A stretch of DNA of 64,000 nt from Octopus sinensis (taxonomy: Eukaryota): assembly GCF_006345805.1 (NCBI RefSeq), contig NC_043013.1, positions 16,058,001 through 16,122,000 of the forward strand, in the 5' to 3' direction. The first letter of the stretch is position 1; each line of letters starts with the position of its first letter. The position numbers and the translations under genes are program-made. Positions 26,331-40,064 of the stretch are shown here, one piece after another. A model generated the notes under the pieces. That model was given only the letters and a program-made list of their open reading frames with translations. It did no database searches and was not told where the DNA came from.

Positions 26331-26998
26331 CTGCAAACAAGCATAAAATACATCAAGGCCTATCTGTGTGTGTGTAAGCCATCTAAGAGTTCAAAAGTCA
26401 GGAAAAAATGCACTCGTATATCTATCAGTTGAGTGGGTCTATTAATCAAAGTGTACAGTATCATATATCCATTACAGCTGATCTTGCCTATCAGTTTCAC
26501 ACAGTGGATTTGATGGAGTGTTAGGTAAAACCTGCACTCCGATTATGTAAACCAGCACTCTTCAGAGGTAACCATTTTGGAATGAAATATGGCAGCTGCT
26601 CTCTATTGTGAAAGGTGAAAAGACATATGCGGTTTGTGGTCGCTGTGAAAAAGACAATGTAACAAATCAAGCAGGGGGTTAAGTTAAGAGTTATGCCTCT
26701 TTGTATTAAAAACCTCTTCTCTGGGGGATGTTTTGTTGCAAGTTGGTGAGAGTTTCTGGAAAAGTGTTTATGGGAAATGCATTATCTTTAAGGTTGATGT
26801 TCCACAAGAACAACAATCTTAAAGATACAATAGAGAGCAGTCACCATGCTTCATTTCATAACAGCTACCTCTGAAGAGCTCAGGGTTACATAATCAGGCT
26901 GTTACCTAACACTTTGTTGAATCCTTAGTGTGAAACCAATTGGTAAGATCAGCTGAAATGGATGTATAATACTGTACACTTCGATTAATTTATATATA

Positions 26999-27054
<56 letters not shown>

Positions 27055-28677
27055 GAGAGAGAGAGAGAGAGAGAGAGAAACACACACACACTCACACATG
27101 CATGCATGTACTTAGGTGCAGACATGGCTGTGACTCCCAATCACGTGATCTTGAGTTCAGTCTCACTGTGAGACATCTCAAGCAAGTGTTTTTTACTATA
27201 GACCTGAGGTAGCCAAAGCCTTATCAATGGATTGGTAGCTGGAAACTGAAAGAAGCCAGTGTATATATATATATACATAAAACCACCAACTAAACAGGTA
27301 TAATATTAAATATTTGAAGAAAAGAAGGGTAAAGATACCGCTTGTTAAAAATCAAAGCAAAAGCTTCAAAAAACCACCAATTCTACAATAAATACACACG
27401 GCCTTCTTTGAGTTTCTCTACCAAATTCACTCATAAGGCTTTGTTTGGCTCAGGATCTATAGATATGTTCTTTAGCATCACACACACACACATGGGGCAT
27501 GAATAACACTGTGATGAATGAGCCAAAGAAGCCTCTACATCATTATTCAACAAGCAAGACACAGTAGCCAATCTCTACCACCTTCAACATTCAGATTTGT
27601 CTCTTAAATATAACGCTCATTTATTCACATAATTTTGAATTAAGCATTTTCTTGCAGCTAAGACATTTTCATGAGGTGATTGCTTAGTTTTAGAAAGACA
27701 TAGTAGGATAAGTGTGAGAGGCCAGATCTGTCCAGTTTTAACATAAAACTGGTTGAATAGTTAGGCTGGTTTGAATACTAAAGGGTTAACAAAATATAGC
27801 ACATATTGGGTTATGGCTGGAACATCTGATCATAGATTTACACAATTACTGATTTGCTGGTGAGAGGATGTATGTTAAATAACAATAAAAAAAAAACAGA
27901 CTGATATATAAAGATAGATAAATATATATATATAAGATAAAATCAAGTTTATAGACAGATTTTGGAGTGTACATAGATCTGATATAGATGACAACCAACA
28001 CACAGGCACACAATCACACATACATGCATGTGCACACAATTGCACATAATTGCACACATTTATATCTACATAGCCACTCACATACACACATGGGTACATG
28101 TTCATACAGTCACACACATACGTATACAGACTTGTACACAATCACATGCATGCACATACACTTGTACATAATCATGCATACATACTCACACACTTGTACA
28201 TAGCCACATGCATACACACACATAACTGTACATACTCACTCACACACACACATACATACACAGAGTCACAGAAATACACATACTTGCACATAATCATACA
28301 CATAATCACACACAAACACTTGCACACACTCACACAAACACACTCATACAAACACAGAATCCTAAAAATGTAATAACCATTTCCGATTGACCCATTTAAC
28401 TTTATAAAGACCAAGAAATCGATATGAGGAGGGGGGGGGGAAGTGAGAGGGGATAGGAGAAGACAGCTGTTAGAAATCGTGGTGAGAGCGGGAGGAGGGA
28501 AGAGATGATGAAAGAACTTTGTAGAAAGTTTGCTGTATGCAGGTAACAAAACAGAAACGAATGCCCAGATGTTACAAAAAGGCATGTTGTGTTTAAAATG
28601 AGTCAGAACCGATAATTATCTAACTACAACAAGTGACTGAATAATAATAATAATAATCATATGCCTTGCTGCTGTAC

Positions 28678-29815
28678 CATGCCCTGATGCAGTACCAGGC
28701 AGTGGCTCTCGTGGCTTCTGATCATAACTGATTGGAAGTGTTATCATGTACATTGTTTTGTCTTAGTATAAAAGATGGGCTACAGCAAATATTCTGCTCA
28801 ATGCCACAGATTTGCTTGTCAGTTGTTTGACCGTAACCAGTTGAGCATGTCCCTTAGTGGCTGATGATATGTGCATCTCTGACCATGTGCAGAAATAGTT
28901 GGGGAGCATCATAGCCATGTGTTGAAAGGATTCCTTAGAGGTTTGGATAAGTTACCTTTGGGAACAAGGGCGCTTCGTTCAATTTCCTTAAACAACCCTT
29001 ATTCAGGGACCTTTTGAGCAGGATGGGTTACTCAACCAGAAGAAAATTCTAACTGGGCCCCACCTGCAAGGTCATGTGCTGTTTATCTTGATATGAGATC
29101 ACCATGTCGCACACATATGGTTGTGATGCATGCGCCTAGTGTACCCTTATCAGATGGGTAGTCATGATGGGTATACTGGGCTTCGTATATTTTACCCCAG
29201 TGTCACTTTGATGGCATGCTCTGCTCTCTCACTCAATAATAATCATAAGGCCCTGATGCAGTACCAGGCAGTGGCTCTCATGGCTTCTGATCTTAACTGA
29301 TTGGAAGTGTTATCATGTACATTGTTTTGTCTTAGTATAAAAGATGGGCTACAGCAAATATTCTGCTCAATACCACAGATTTGCTTGTCAGTTGTTTGAC
29401 CATAACCAGTCAAATATGTCCCTTCATGACTAATGATATGTGAATTTCAGATCATGAACAGAAGTTGTTGGGGGAGTATCATATGCAGGTGTTGAGAGGA
29501 ATTCTTTGGAGTTTGAATAATTCACTTCTGGAAACATAGGTGTTTCATTCAACATCCACAGACAACTCTTATTCAGAGATCTTTCAAGTGAGATGGGCTA
29601 CTTGACCTGTAGAAAACTTTAACTGGCCCCCACCTGCAAGGTCATGTGCTGTTAATCTTGATATGAGATCACCTTGTCATGCACATATGGTTTAGTTGTA
29701 ATGCCTGTGCCTGACTTATCCTTATCAGATGGGTAGCCATGATGGGTGAGGATGGGTAGTCATGATGGGTGTCACTTTGATGGCATGCACAGCTCTCTCA
29801 CTCAATAACAATAAT
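28678..29815 (+). repeat. Two tandem copies of a ~560-bp interspersed element ending in ctctctcactc(AAT)n
   Basis: GCCCTGATGCAGTACCAGGCAGTGGCTCTC... starts at ~28681 and ~29250. Other copies at ~24430-24990 and (3' part) ~35090-35365. Confidence 0.85.
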
Positions 29816-30042
29816 AACAACAATTTCACATTTCGGTACAAGACCAGTAAGTTTGGTAGAGCAGGTGAGTTGATTATATTGACCCCTGTACTTACATAAC
29901 ACTTATTTTATTGACCCTGAAAGGATGAAAGGTGAAGTCGACACCAACAAAATTTGAACTCAAAATGTAAAGATGGACTATATGCCACTAAGCATTTCAC
30001 CTGGCATGCTAAGAATTCTGTCAGCTTATGGCCTTAATCCTC

Positions 30043-30087
<45 letters not shown>

Positions 30088-30164
30088 TAATAATGGTATC
30101 TCAAGAGGACTACAGTACCAGTGATTGTAGGATCTCTGGGAATGATAAAAAAGGGTAGCAAAAC

Positions 30165-30431
30165 CTATTTGAAAATGATACCAGGCTTACCATCCCTACA
30201 GGAAGTGCAAAAAATCGTATTAACTGGAACGGCTCATGTACTGAGAAGAACATTATCGCTGTGAAAACAACATCCATTCATGAATTTATTTATTTATTAA
30301 TTTTTTAAAATACATATTTTATCTGTGAATTTGCGTGTGTAACCTGGGAATGCATACAATGAGCTTCTCTGCCCTAGGTGTACAGAAAACACTCGGCGAG
30401 AAACAGAAGAAAATTTGAAGAAAGAAGGAAA

Positions 30432-30432
<1 letters not shown>
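30165..30432 (+). mobile_element. Second, divergent R4/Dong-like 3' end
   Basis: LKMIPGLPSLQEVQKIVLTGTAHVLRRTLSL* (stop ~30264), then a 3' UTR ending at (AAT)n. Confidence 0.7.
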
Positions 30433-30470
<38 letters not shown>

Positions 30471-30472
30471 TA

Positions 30473-30897
30473 AGGCCAACAGACCAGATATAGTTGTCAG
30501 AGATCATGAAGAAAAAAAATGCTTTCTAATTGATGTATCAATACCGTCAGATGACAACGTGTCTCTAAAAGAAATGGAGAAACTTTCAAAATACAAAGAC
30601 CTGGAAATAGAGGTAACCAGAATGTGGAATCTAAAAACAGAAACAATTCCTATCATAGTAGGTGCATTAGGCACGATAAAAAAATATTCAGACAAATACA
30701 TAACAAAAACGCCAGGACTTACAAACACATATAACATACAGAAAATTGCACTACTAGGCACTGCACACATCCTACGCAGAACACTTTCCATACAATAACC
30801 ATCAGAGCATCGCAACAAATCATAGCACATACCCAAGGCACACAGAGCTGCGCTCGGTAGTGAAGTGAAAGCACGCTATAAAAATAAAACTACTGAC
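30473..30897 (+). mobile_element. R4/Dong-like non-LTR retrotransposon 3' fragment (restriction-like endonuclease)
   Basis: ANRPDIVV...CFLIDVSIP.D.NV..KE.EK.SKYKDL...PIIVGALG...ALLGTAHILRR (PD-(D/E)xK RLE). (AAT)n on both sides. Confidence 0.88.
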
Positions 30898-31115
30898 TAA
30901 TAATAATAATAATAATTTTTTTCTACAATAGGCACAAAGCTTAAAATTATGGGAGAGAGGGATAATTGATTACATCAACACCAGTGTTCTGCTGGTACTT
31001 ATTTCATCGATCCCAAAAGAATAAAAGGCAAAATCACCTGTGGTGGCATTTAAACTCAGAATATAAAGCCAGAAAAAGGCCAAACATCAACAACAAAAAC
31101 AACAACCTATCTTAC

Positions 31116-31191
31116 CATGGTTTCCTGGAGCTGTCATGTAAGGCACATATTTTGCATAGTCTTGTATGATATCCATAAACTCATCGCCATT
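31116..31191 (-). CDS. ACP7: ACP7-like exon 5: GNH(E) motif
   Basis: Acceptor catcacag, donor gtaaga, 76 nt. Reads NGDEFMDIIQDYAKYVPYMTAPGNH+G. Confidence 0.96.
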
Positions 31192-31231
31192 CTGTGATGA
31201 AAACATAAACATTATCAACATTAGATTTTTA

Positions 31232-31268
<37 letters not shown>

Positions 31269-31357
31269 ATCCAAACAAGAAAGCACCACAAAAAAACACA
31301 ACAACGTGAGGACGTGGAACAAATATAGTATTATTGGACGCTCAGGAAAGAAGGAGG

Positions 31358-31392
31358 GTTTAACGTTTCTAGCAGAGCTCTTCGTCGGAAAC
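31358..31392 (-). ncRNA. Minimal hammerhead-like motif (core CCGACGA) in a Penelope-type repeat (~31262-31462)
   Basis: Minus strand: GTTT-CCGACGA-A-GAGC-TCT-GCTA-GAAACGT-T-AAAC. Confidence 0.55.
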
Positions 31393-31474
31393 ATAGGAAA
31401 AGGAAAGATCCAGAGAAGGGAAGACAGAGGAAAAAAATCGCCAACGGTACACACATGGTCACATATATATATAT

Positions 31475-31508
<34 letters not shown>

Positions 31509-31628
31509 AAGGGATTTGTATAATTGTGTATAAAGGGATAGATATTGTTCAAAGAAATTCCAACACTGTTTTTTATGTTTTATTTATATTCTTTATAATA
31601 TTAATGTAGAATATAGATCTACTATATT

Positions 31629-31903
31629 GATCTACTGTGATCAAATAGACTTATAATCAAAATTGTTCCAAGGCCATTGTGGACACCTTCATGACTGTTT
31701 GTCTGGCTTGTGTTCTTGTTTATGTTGCTGTTGATCATAGTTCTTCTCAGTGAGGTCTGTCCTGGGGTTAAATAACAACAGCAACATAAACAACAAGAAC
31801 ACAAGCGAGACAAACAGGGTCCTCCATGTAGTTCCAGTCATGAAGGGGTCCACAATGGCCTTGGAACAATTTTGATTATAAGTCTGCTTGATCACAGTAG
31901 ATC
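31629..31903. repeat. Long inverted repeat (~105-bp arms)
   Basis: GATCTACTGTGATCAA...CCTTCATGACTG and TTTGTCTGGCTTGTGTTCTTG..CTGTTG are mirrored by CAACAG..CAAGAACACAAGCGAGACAAA and CAGTCATGAAGG...TTGATCACAGTAGATC. Confidence 0.9.
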
Positions 31904-32168
31904 TGCAGCTCACCAACAAGAACTACAGCAACAACAACAAATAATCAGTTCCTGGCTTTTGGTAAAAGAAAATACAAGAGGATCAGTTGATTATGATTTT
32001 ATTCAACATATCTTTCTCTCAGAGCCACACACTTATTGCAGCAGCCCTTCAGTTTTTCTAAGCCCTGTAAAAGAACACAGAAGGTTGAGCTTCCAACCAG
32101 GCTTTTCATGATGCCCCTAAGGCCAAGAACTTTTTAGCACTCCGTCATAGATAGAGAACCATAATTAC

Positions 32169-32318
32169 CTGTCCACCATCGTCTTCGAAGTTGTAAGCAA
32201 AATCTCCAATATGGAAGAAGGCAGAATATTTGCCAGACAATGCTTCATTGGTTAGAGTTGGATGAATGCGGGATTCCACTCCAAGATCACCAAAGAGGAC
32301 AAACGAAGGGGACCATTC
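32169..32318 (-). CDS. ACP7: ACP7-like exon 4: metal-ligand motifs GDLG and GDFAY
   Basis: Acceptor ttttcaacag, donor gtaatt, 150 nt. Reads EWSPSFVLFGDLGVESRIHPTLTNEALSGKYSAFFHIGDFAYNFEDDGGQ (DxG and GDxxY motifs). Confidence 0.96.
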
Positions 32319-33164
32319 CTGTTGAAAAGACAATGAATAATACAATGGTTGTGTATGTGAGCATGTCTGAGTGGTTATAGATTTGTATATGTTTTTTTTT
32401 GTTTGTGCATTTGTATATTTTTAAGTGTGTATATGTTGGTATGAAGCGTTTTGTTCAAGAACACAGTGCACTACCAGGTCCAGGAATTGTGAGTGCAATA
32501 CCCTAACCACAAGGCCACATGCCTTCACATTGCTCTGCAGTCTGGACAGTTGCAAAATCATTGGCACATTGGCAGAAAAGCTTTACAGTAAATTTCCCAG
32601 TCTCTACATTCTGAGTTCAAATTCCACTTGCCCGAAGAAAGCAACGGGAAACCACTCCAGTTTTCATTCCAAGTCTAGTCATGGTAGCCAAAGTTCCAGT
32701 AATCTACTTAATGGCAGCAGGTGAAAGTATGAACCTTCCCAGGTCATACAAAGTGTGCTGGAGAAGGTTCATGTGCACAGGACCTGCCTAAGGGCAGACC
32801 ACCACTATACTAGGATATGTATGTATATACATATGTGGGTGTGTGTATGTATATAATTGGCAACTTCACTAGTGCTGCTGCCACTAAAAAGAAAGCACCC
32901 AGTACACTCTAAAGTGGTTGGCATAAAGAAGGGCATCCAGCCATAGAAAACCCTGCCTAAGCAGACACAGAAGCTCTCAATGTAGACCCCAGACTAGTAG
33001 ATACTGTTAAACCATTTTACTAAACTATTTCACCATGCTAGCAGAGAATGCAGACATTAAATAATGATTATATATTATGTATGTGTGTTTCTATGTTTAT
33101 GAGCAGGCATAGCCATGTGACACAAAAATGTGTTTTGCAACCATGTGGTTTCACATGTAGACCC

Positions 33165-33211
<47 letters not shown>

Positions 33212-33214
<3 letters not shown>

Positions 33215-33546
33215 ATCCCCTTTGGTCACAGCTGACTATGGGATGGCACTTAGAAAGCTCCGCTCCAAGGTACAAGTCCAGGTAAGATTGTTTATGGAAG
33301 ACTAGCAATCGCCCATACATACCAGCCTATCCTCTGCATGCAACCAATGTTATCCAAGGGAAAGGCAAAGGCCATTACAGCTTGGTACTTGTGATGTCGC
33401 AACTCATTTCTACAGCTGAGTGAACTGAAGCAGCATGAAATAAAGTGTCTTGCTCAAGAACACAACACACAGCCTGGTCCAGGAATCGAACTCACTACCT
33501 CATGATTGTAAGCCCAACGCTCTAACCACTCAGCTGTATGCCTCCA
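33212..33546 (-). mobile_element. tRNA-derived SINE family E (second copy ~13185-13460)
   Basis: Minus-strand head GCTGAGTGGTTAGAGCG...GAGTTCGATTCC, then CTTGAGCAAGACACTT. Body shared with 13185-13460. Confidence 0.8.
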
Positions 33547-34027
33547 CATAACTTATTCCCACCAAATTCCACACACAAAACATTGGCTAATACAAGGCTG
33601 TAATAGAATATGCATCAAACTTACCCATAATGTATTTGAACCCCAAACCACAAGGCTGAAAAGCAAAGTTCTTAACCCCACTGCTATGCCTGCACCTATA
33701 TATGTATATTACAATTTGTCTACAATATGTGTGTATGTGTGTGTGTGTATGACATGTACAGACACACACACACACACACACTTACACACACACAAACATA
33801 TTAAGGCATAATATTAAGACATAATAAGGATTAAATTATTTTAGACAAATCCTCTTCATGCCCCCATACGCTATACACACACTTGCAGCATACACATACA
33901 CATATGCACCCACCAACACACCCACACACCTCCCCACACACAAATTCACTGTACTTGATGTTATATTTGAACCCTAATTATAATCTATCATCAAACTTTA
34001 ATGAATAGATCATTAATCCATTAATTT

Positions 34028-34061
<34 letters not shown>

Positions 34062-34083
34062 AATACAAAACGTATCTACTTAC

Positions 34084-34173
34084 ATTGCCCTTTGGTGGTG
34101 TCTTAAAGTAGGCAGGAGTCACCATTTTACTGTTGACTATACTGTAATAATATGTTGTATTTGGTTTGAGGTC
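34084..34173 (-). CDS. ACP7: ACP7-like exon 3
   Basis: Acceptor gttccag, donor gtaagt, 90 nt, phase 0-0. Reads DLKPNTTYYYSIVNSKMVTPAYFKTPPKGN (L.P.T.Y.Y...F.T.P motif). Not in the ORF track. Confidence 0.92.
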
Positions 34174-35344
34174 CTGGAACATGAATATATAACAGACAGT
34201 TTAGAGAAGAGGAAATACATATATAATGGATACATATATAAATATACATATACATAAAATCCTATTTTGGTGTTAGGAAGGGCATCCAGCTGTAGAAAAC
34301 AGGCCAAAACTAACAATTGGAGCCTGATGCAGCTCTCCACCTGGCCAGCTCCTGTCAGACAGTCCAATCCATGCCAGCATGGAAAACGGATGCTAAATGA
34401 TGTTGATGATTAGGATGATGATGATATCGTTATTGTTTTACCATCCACTTTATTATGCTTGCATATATTGGAGAAAATTCTTTAAATCAGATTTTTCAAA
34501 GTCCAGATGCCCTTGCTGTTGCCAATCCTCGTCTGTTTCCAATATTCTACTGAGCCAGACATGTTTTCACAAAAGACTAGAAACAAATGACACATTAGAC
34601 CCCTAATTCATCTGCTATTTGAATTCATTCATCTCCCCATCTCCATGCCTCTTTTTATCTCTATTCAGCCTGTCACCTATATAAGTCTTTCTATTATTTG
34701 TTTTTACTCTCCTTTCTAAAAAAAAACATTGTTTTTATAATGAGAAGAATGTATATATATCCATTGACATTTAAAAACTTATTAACTGATATTGATTTTC
34801 TTAATAAAATTCTGTTCTGACAGTTACATGACATAATCTGACCACCACTTTTTTTAAGATCTTATACCAGACACTCGAAAGTTAAGCCATTGATTTATCA
34901 TTATTTGGGCAGTGACCTCGCAGAATCATTACAATGCTGGACAAAATACTTAGTGGTATTTCGTCAAGCTTTGCATTCTGAGTTCAAATTCTGCTAAGGT
35001 TAACTTAGCCTTTCATGCTTTGGGGATTGATGAAATAAGTACCAGTTATGCACTGGAGTTGAGGTAGTCAACTAGCTACACCTCTAAAATTTCGTTTAAC
35101 ATCCTTAAACAACCCTTATTCAGGGACCTTTTGAGCAGGATAGATTACTCAACCAGAAGAAAATTCTAACTGGGCCCCACCTGCAAGGTCATGTGCTTAT
35201 TTTGATATGAGACCATCATGTCACACATATGGTTGTGATGCATGTGCCTAGTGTACCCTTATCAGATGGGTAGTCATGATGGGTATACTGGGCTTTGTAT
35301 ATTTTACCCCAGTGTCACTTTGATGGCATTCACTGCTCTCTCAC

Positions 35345-35383
35345 TCAATAATAATAATAATAATAATGATAATAATAATAATA

Positions 35384-35415
<32 letters not shown>

Positions 35416-36210
35416 AATAATAATAATAATGATAATAATAATAAAGAAGAGGATAGTGATAGTCATGCTGAATATAATGTCAATAACAATGATGATGAAT
35501 ATGATGATGACAACGATGGCAACAGCGACAATGATGACACAACAATGATGATAATCATGCTAATGATGACACTGACGATAATAGCAATGTTAGAGATGAT
35601 GATAGTGTTGATTGTAATGACAATAATAACTACTAACAATGCTGACGGTGGCAATAGTGATGACAATAGTGATAACAACAATGATGATAACAATAATGAT
35701 AATAACGATAATAACAATGATAACAATGATGATAACAATGGTGATAATAATGGTGATAACAATGATAATATCAATGATGATGATAATGATAAAAACAATG
35801 ATAACAATGATGATAATAACGATAACAATAATGATAACAATGATAACAATGAGGATAACAATAATGATAATGATGATGATAACAATAATGATAACAATAA
35901 TGATATCAATGATGATAATAATGATAACGATAATGACAACGATGGTAACAAGGACAATGACTGATGACAACGATAATAGCAATGACAGTGATGACGATAA
36001 CTTGAATATGTTGATGATGATGATGATGATGGTGAGATGAACAATGATGTCACTGGCAATAGGAATGATGATGATAATGATGACATCGATAAACGAAGTA
36101 ACAACAATTACGAGGAAGACAACAAGGATAAGGATAATGACAATGATGCTGATGACACAATGATGCAAACAACAGCAATAATAATAATGATGATAACAAT
36201 AACGACCACG
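35345..36210. repeat. Degenerate (AAT/GAT/AAC)n trinucleotide tract
   Basis: About 860 bp of mixed triplets in intron 2, starting ~30 bp from the exon 2 donor. Confidence 0.9.
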
Positions 36211-36240
36211 ACGGTGGGATTGGTGATTTGGAGAACTCAC

Positions 36241-36449
36241 TTTTAGTACAGCATGGTAGTAGTAATGTCTTGCCAGTGAGTTGGTAAGATTAAAGAACAC
36301 TGTGGTTGGTTCTGCTTTGTACTTCTTGTTCTGTATGGTGTCACCGTATTTCACAGAGCTCGAACAGTTGGCCACTGATGACCACATTATTACTATGTCC
36401 TGTGTTGTGTTACCAAAGGCTATGTGGATACCATGAGGTCTGCAGTTTT
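36241..36449 (-). CDS. ACP7: ACP7-like exon 2: N-terminal FN3-like PAP domain
   Basis: Acceptor ttttgtacag, donor gtgagt, 209 nt. Reads (E)NCRPHGIHIAFGNTTQDIVIMWSSVANCSSSVKYG...HYYYHAVLK, matching the PAP N-terminal pattern P..IH.....T...V.W....V.YG...H.A.L. Confidence 0.92.
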
Positions 36450-36461
36450 CTGTACAAAATA

Positions 36462-36513
<52 letters not shown>

Positions 36514-37244
36514 GTAATAATAATAGTAATAATAATAATAACATTTTTATTATAGGGACAAGGCTTGAAGTCTTGTGGGAAAGGACTAGTCGATTACATC
36601 GATCCCAGAATTTCACTGGTACTTAATTTACTGACTCTGAAAGGATGAAAGGCAAAATTAACCTTGACAGAATTTGAACTCAGAATGTAGAGGGACAAAA
36701 TACCACTCAGCATTTTGCCCGGGCTACTAACAATTCTGCCAGCTCTTCACCTTTTATCTATTGAGATATCAAAATAGTTTTGACATCTAATTTAAAATAA
36801 ATGCATGTATATTGGTATATCAACATGGTATTTTATTATACCAATATATAGTTGTGTTTTGTTAAGATGGTTCTATGGAACATTTAACAAAAGGTAAGTT
36901 TCAAAGACCCATCTAAATACTGGTATATTTAGATGGTGTTTGGGACATAATGAAAGGCAAATATTTGAAAATATATTTCTACTTTCTTAGCTTAAGACCA
37001 TTCTTTGAACCACATCTTAACAAAAAGAATTGACAAAGACAGATAGACAGTGATGGGTGGATGGATTTATACATATTATATCAGTACAGCTTGGTACAAC
37101 CCCATAAAACAGCTATTGCAAGTGACCATCATTAGGTGGCAGCATAATAAAATAAGAGTTTTTGCATGCATACTAAAAAACGTTTCCTGTAAATGAACCT
37201 AAAGGATACACATATATATATATATATATTTTCTCTCCTTGTTT

Positions 37245-37280
37245 CTTTCTGTGGAAGAGCATAGGCTCGAAACGTTAAGG
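37245..37280 (+). ncRNA. Minimal hammerhead-like motif (core CUGUGGA) in a Penelope-type repeat (~37228-37370)
   Basis: CTTT-CTGTGGA-A-GAGC-ATAG-GCTC-GAAACGT-T-AAGG, with palindromic ACGT. Confidence 0.5.
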
Positions 37281-37560
37281 ACTTTTTCAATTCCCGATCA
37301 TTATACTAATACATCTGTTTGTTTTCTACACCACCTGTCTTCGTCTTTTGTTTTTTTGTGAATTCTCCCTATATATATATATATATATAGGTGCAGGAGT
37401 GGCTGTGTAGTAAGTAGCTTGCTAACCAACCACATGGTTCCGGGTTCAGTCCCACTGCGTGGCATCTTGGGCAAGTGTCTTCTGCTATAGCCCCGGGCCA
37501 ACCAATGCCTTGTGAGTGGATTTGTTAGACGGAAACTGAAAGAAGCCTGTCATATATATG

Positions 37561-37593
<33 letters not shown>

Positions 37594-37809
37594 TTGTGTG
37601 TCTTTGCTTGTCCCCCTAGCATTGCTTGACAACCGATGCTGGTGTGTTTACATCTCCGTCACTTAGCGGTTCGGCAAAAGAGACCGATAGAATAAGTACT
37701 GAGCTTACAAAGAATAAGTCCAGGAGTCAGTTTGCTCGACTAAAGGCGGTGCTCCAGCATGGCCGCAGTCAAATGACTGAAACAAGTAAAAAATATATAT
37801 ATATATATA

Positions 37810-38203
37810 TATATATAAATTGGACGTGGGTGAGCGTTGTATTCTTTCTTGTCCTGAGGTTCACAGCCAAACAGTTGGGTGGATTCGCGTGAAAAATGGC
37901 ACACATATGCAGACAGGTGCAGTTTGTATTTTTTTCCTAACCCCTATACTGACCAAGAAAAATCGATTAAAACTTTTTCTAATGGAATTCCCTTCTTTCT
38001 TCCACCATTAAAACAACCAGTTGCTTAGAAGCTGTTTTCTGAAGGGGTGGGGTCAAGAAATTTTCATACAGCTGGAGGCTCCAATCGAAACAGGGGACCC
38101 AAAACTATAAGCTTGAAAAACGCTGTCATAGATTATGCCTAACCAAAAACGATCATAGCCACATCATCCAAACAGACCGGGTGAAACCGGGCTTAGCTGC
38201 TAG
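37810..38203 (+). mobile_element. Helitron-like non-autonomous element
   Basis: 3' hairpin CCGGGTGAAACCGGG followed by CTGCTAG|T. The 5' end merges with a TA run. Confidence 0.5.
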
Positions 38204-38866
38204 TATATATATATATATATATATACACAAAACACCATATACATATGTGTATACCCAACACCATATATATATATATATAGATAGATAGATATAGATATAT
38301 ATATGATATTTGGTACATAACAAAAGACATGTACACTTGTATATCAAGAAGTTACTCAGACCCTAACTGAAAAGAATACGCTTACATAAAAGGATGCTGA
38401 GACATTAAAACTGAAGGTTTTGTGTCACAGAATCAGAAGCCAGTTCAGACACAATGGTACCTAAGGGTTAAACAAAGAAGGGACACCAATAATGTGATCC
38501 TACATAATCTTAAGAAAATGCCACAACTGGAATTATCTCTAATCATAAGACTGCCAGATCAGTTCTGATTTGGGGAGGGGGGGGCAAAACAACAACAACG
38601 GTTCCAAAGAAGACAATTGCTATAGAATTGGTGACAATTTTAGAGAATTTCTGGGTGTAATTATTTCTTGCTGTATAATGGGAAGTAGAACAAAGAATTG
38701 GCAATAATAGATGCCAGGTTTACATGAGCTTACATTGTAAATAACAGTCCATTGTTATCCCCATTCATTAAATGTTAATTAATTACTAATATACTATGTT
38801 AAAATTACAGCAAATTGGTAATTAGTATTCCAGATACCACCCATAATACTATATATATAAATATAT

Positions 38867-38912
<46 letters not shown>

Positions 38913-38955
38913 TATATATATATACATACACATGCATACATATATATACATACAC

Positions 38956-38999
<44 letters not shown>

Positions 39000-39310
39000 T
39001 CATACATATACATATACATATACATACATACATTCATATATATACATGCACATACATACATTCATATATTTACATACACATACGTACATTCATATATTTA
39101 CATACACATACGTACATTCATATATTTACAACACATACATGCATACATATATATATATACATACACATACATACATACATTCATATATATACATACACAT
39201 ACATACGAATATATTCATATACATCCATACACATACATACACATATATATATATCCATATCTACATATACATATATGCATACACATATGCATATATACAA
39301 ACACGTATTA

Positions 39311-39355
39311 ATTTGATTTGAAAACCCCACTGGAATGGGAGAAAGCGCTAATAAT
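39311..39355 (+). ncRNA. Minimal hammerhead-like motif with U3-A8 core, partly decayed
   Basis: TTGAAAA-CCCCA-CTGGAA-TGGGA-GAAA-GCGC-TA, with palindromic AGCGCT. Stem I is weak. Confidence 0.4.
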
Positions 39356-40064
39356 CTGAATGATATGATATATATATATGTAAAAAATGTAATATATAAA
39401 TAAATATCTATAATTATGAACCATCTGATCTTCTGATTACCTCATTTCTTCTAATATATAATACCTGTACATCATCTCCAAACCTTGAAATACAAACACA
39501 TATATACACACACACACACACACAAACAAACACACATATATACATACACATCATCATCATTATCATTTAATACCTGCTTTCCATAGCTTAGATGGCATGA
39601 CAAGAACGGGTAAACTGAAGAACTGAACCAGGTTCCAGTCTGATTTGGCATGAATTCTATGACTGGGTGCCCTTCTTAGCGCAAACATATATGTGCATAC
39701 ACATATATACAAACATATACGTATATATATATACATATATATATACACATATACATATATACACATATACACATACATATATACACATACATATATACAC
39801 ATATACACATACATATACACACATACATATACACATACATATATACATATATACACATATATGCATATATACATATACATATATACATATACACATACAT
39901 ATATACATATACACATACATATACACATATATACATATACACATACATATATATATACACATACATATATACATATACACATACACATACATATATGCAT
40001 ATATACATATACACATGCATATATACATATACGTATACATATATACATATACACATACATATAC

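Noticed and set aside
35242-36387. 240-265-aa N/D-, L/S- and I/V-rich ORFs
   Set aside because: Triplet-repeat tract open in several frames. Only 36241-36449 is the real exon, ended by a GTGAGT donor.
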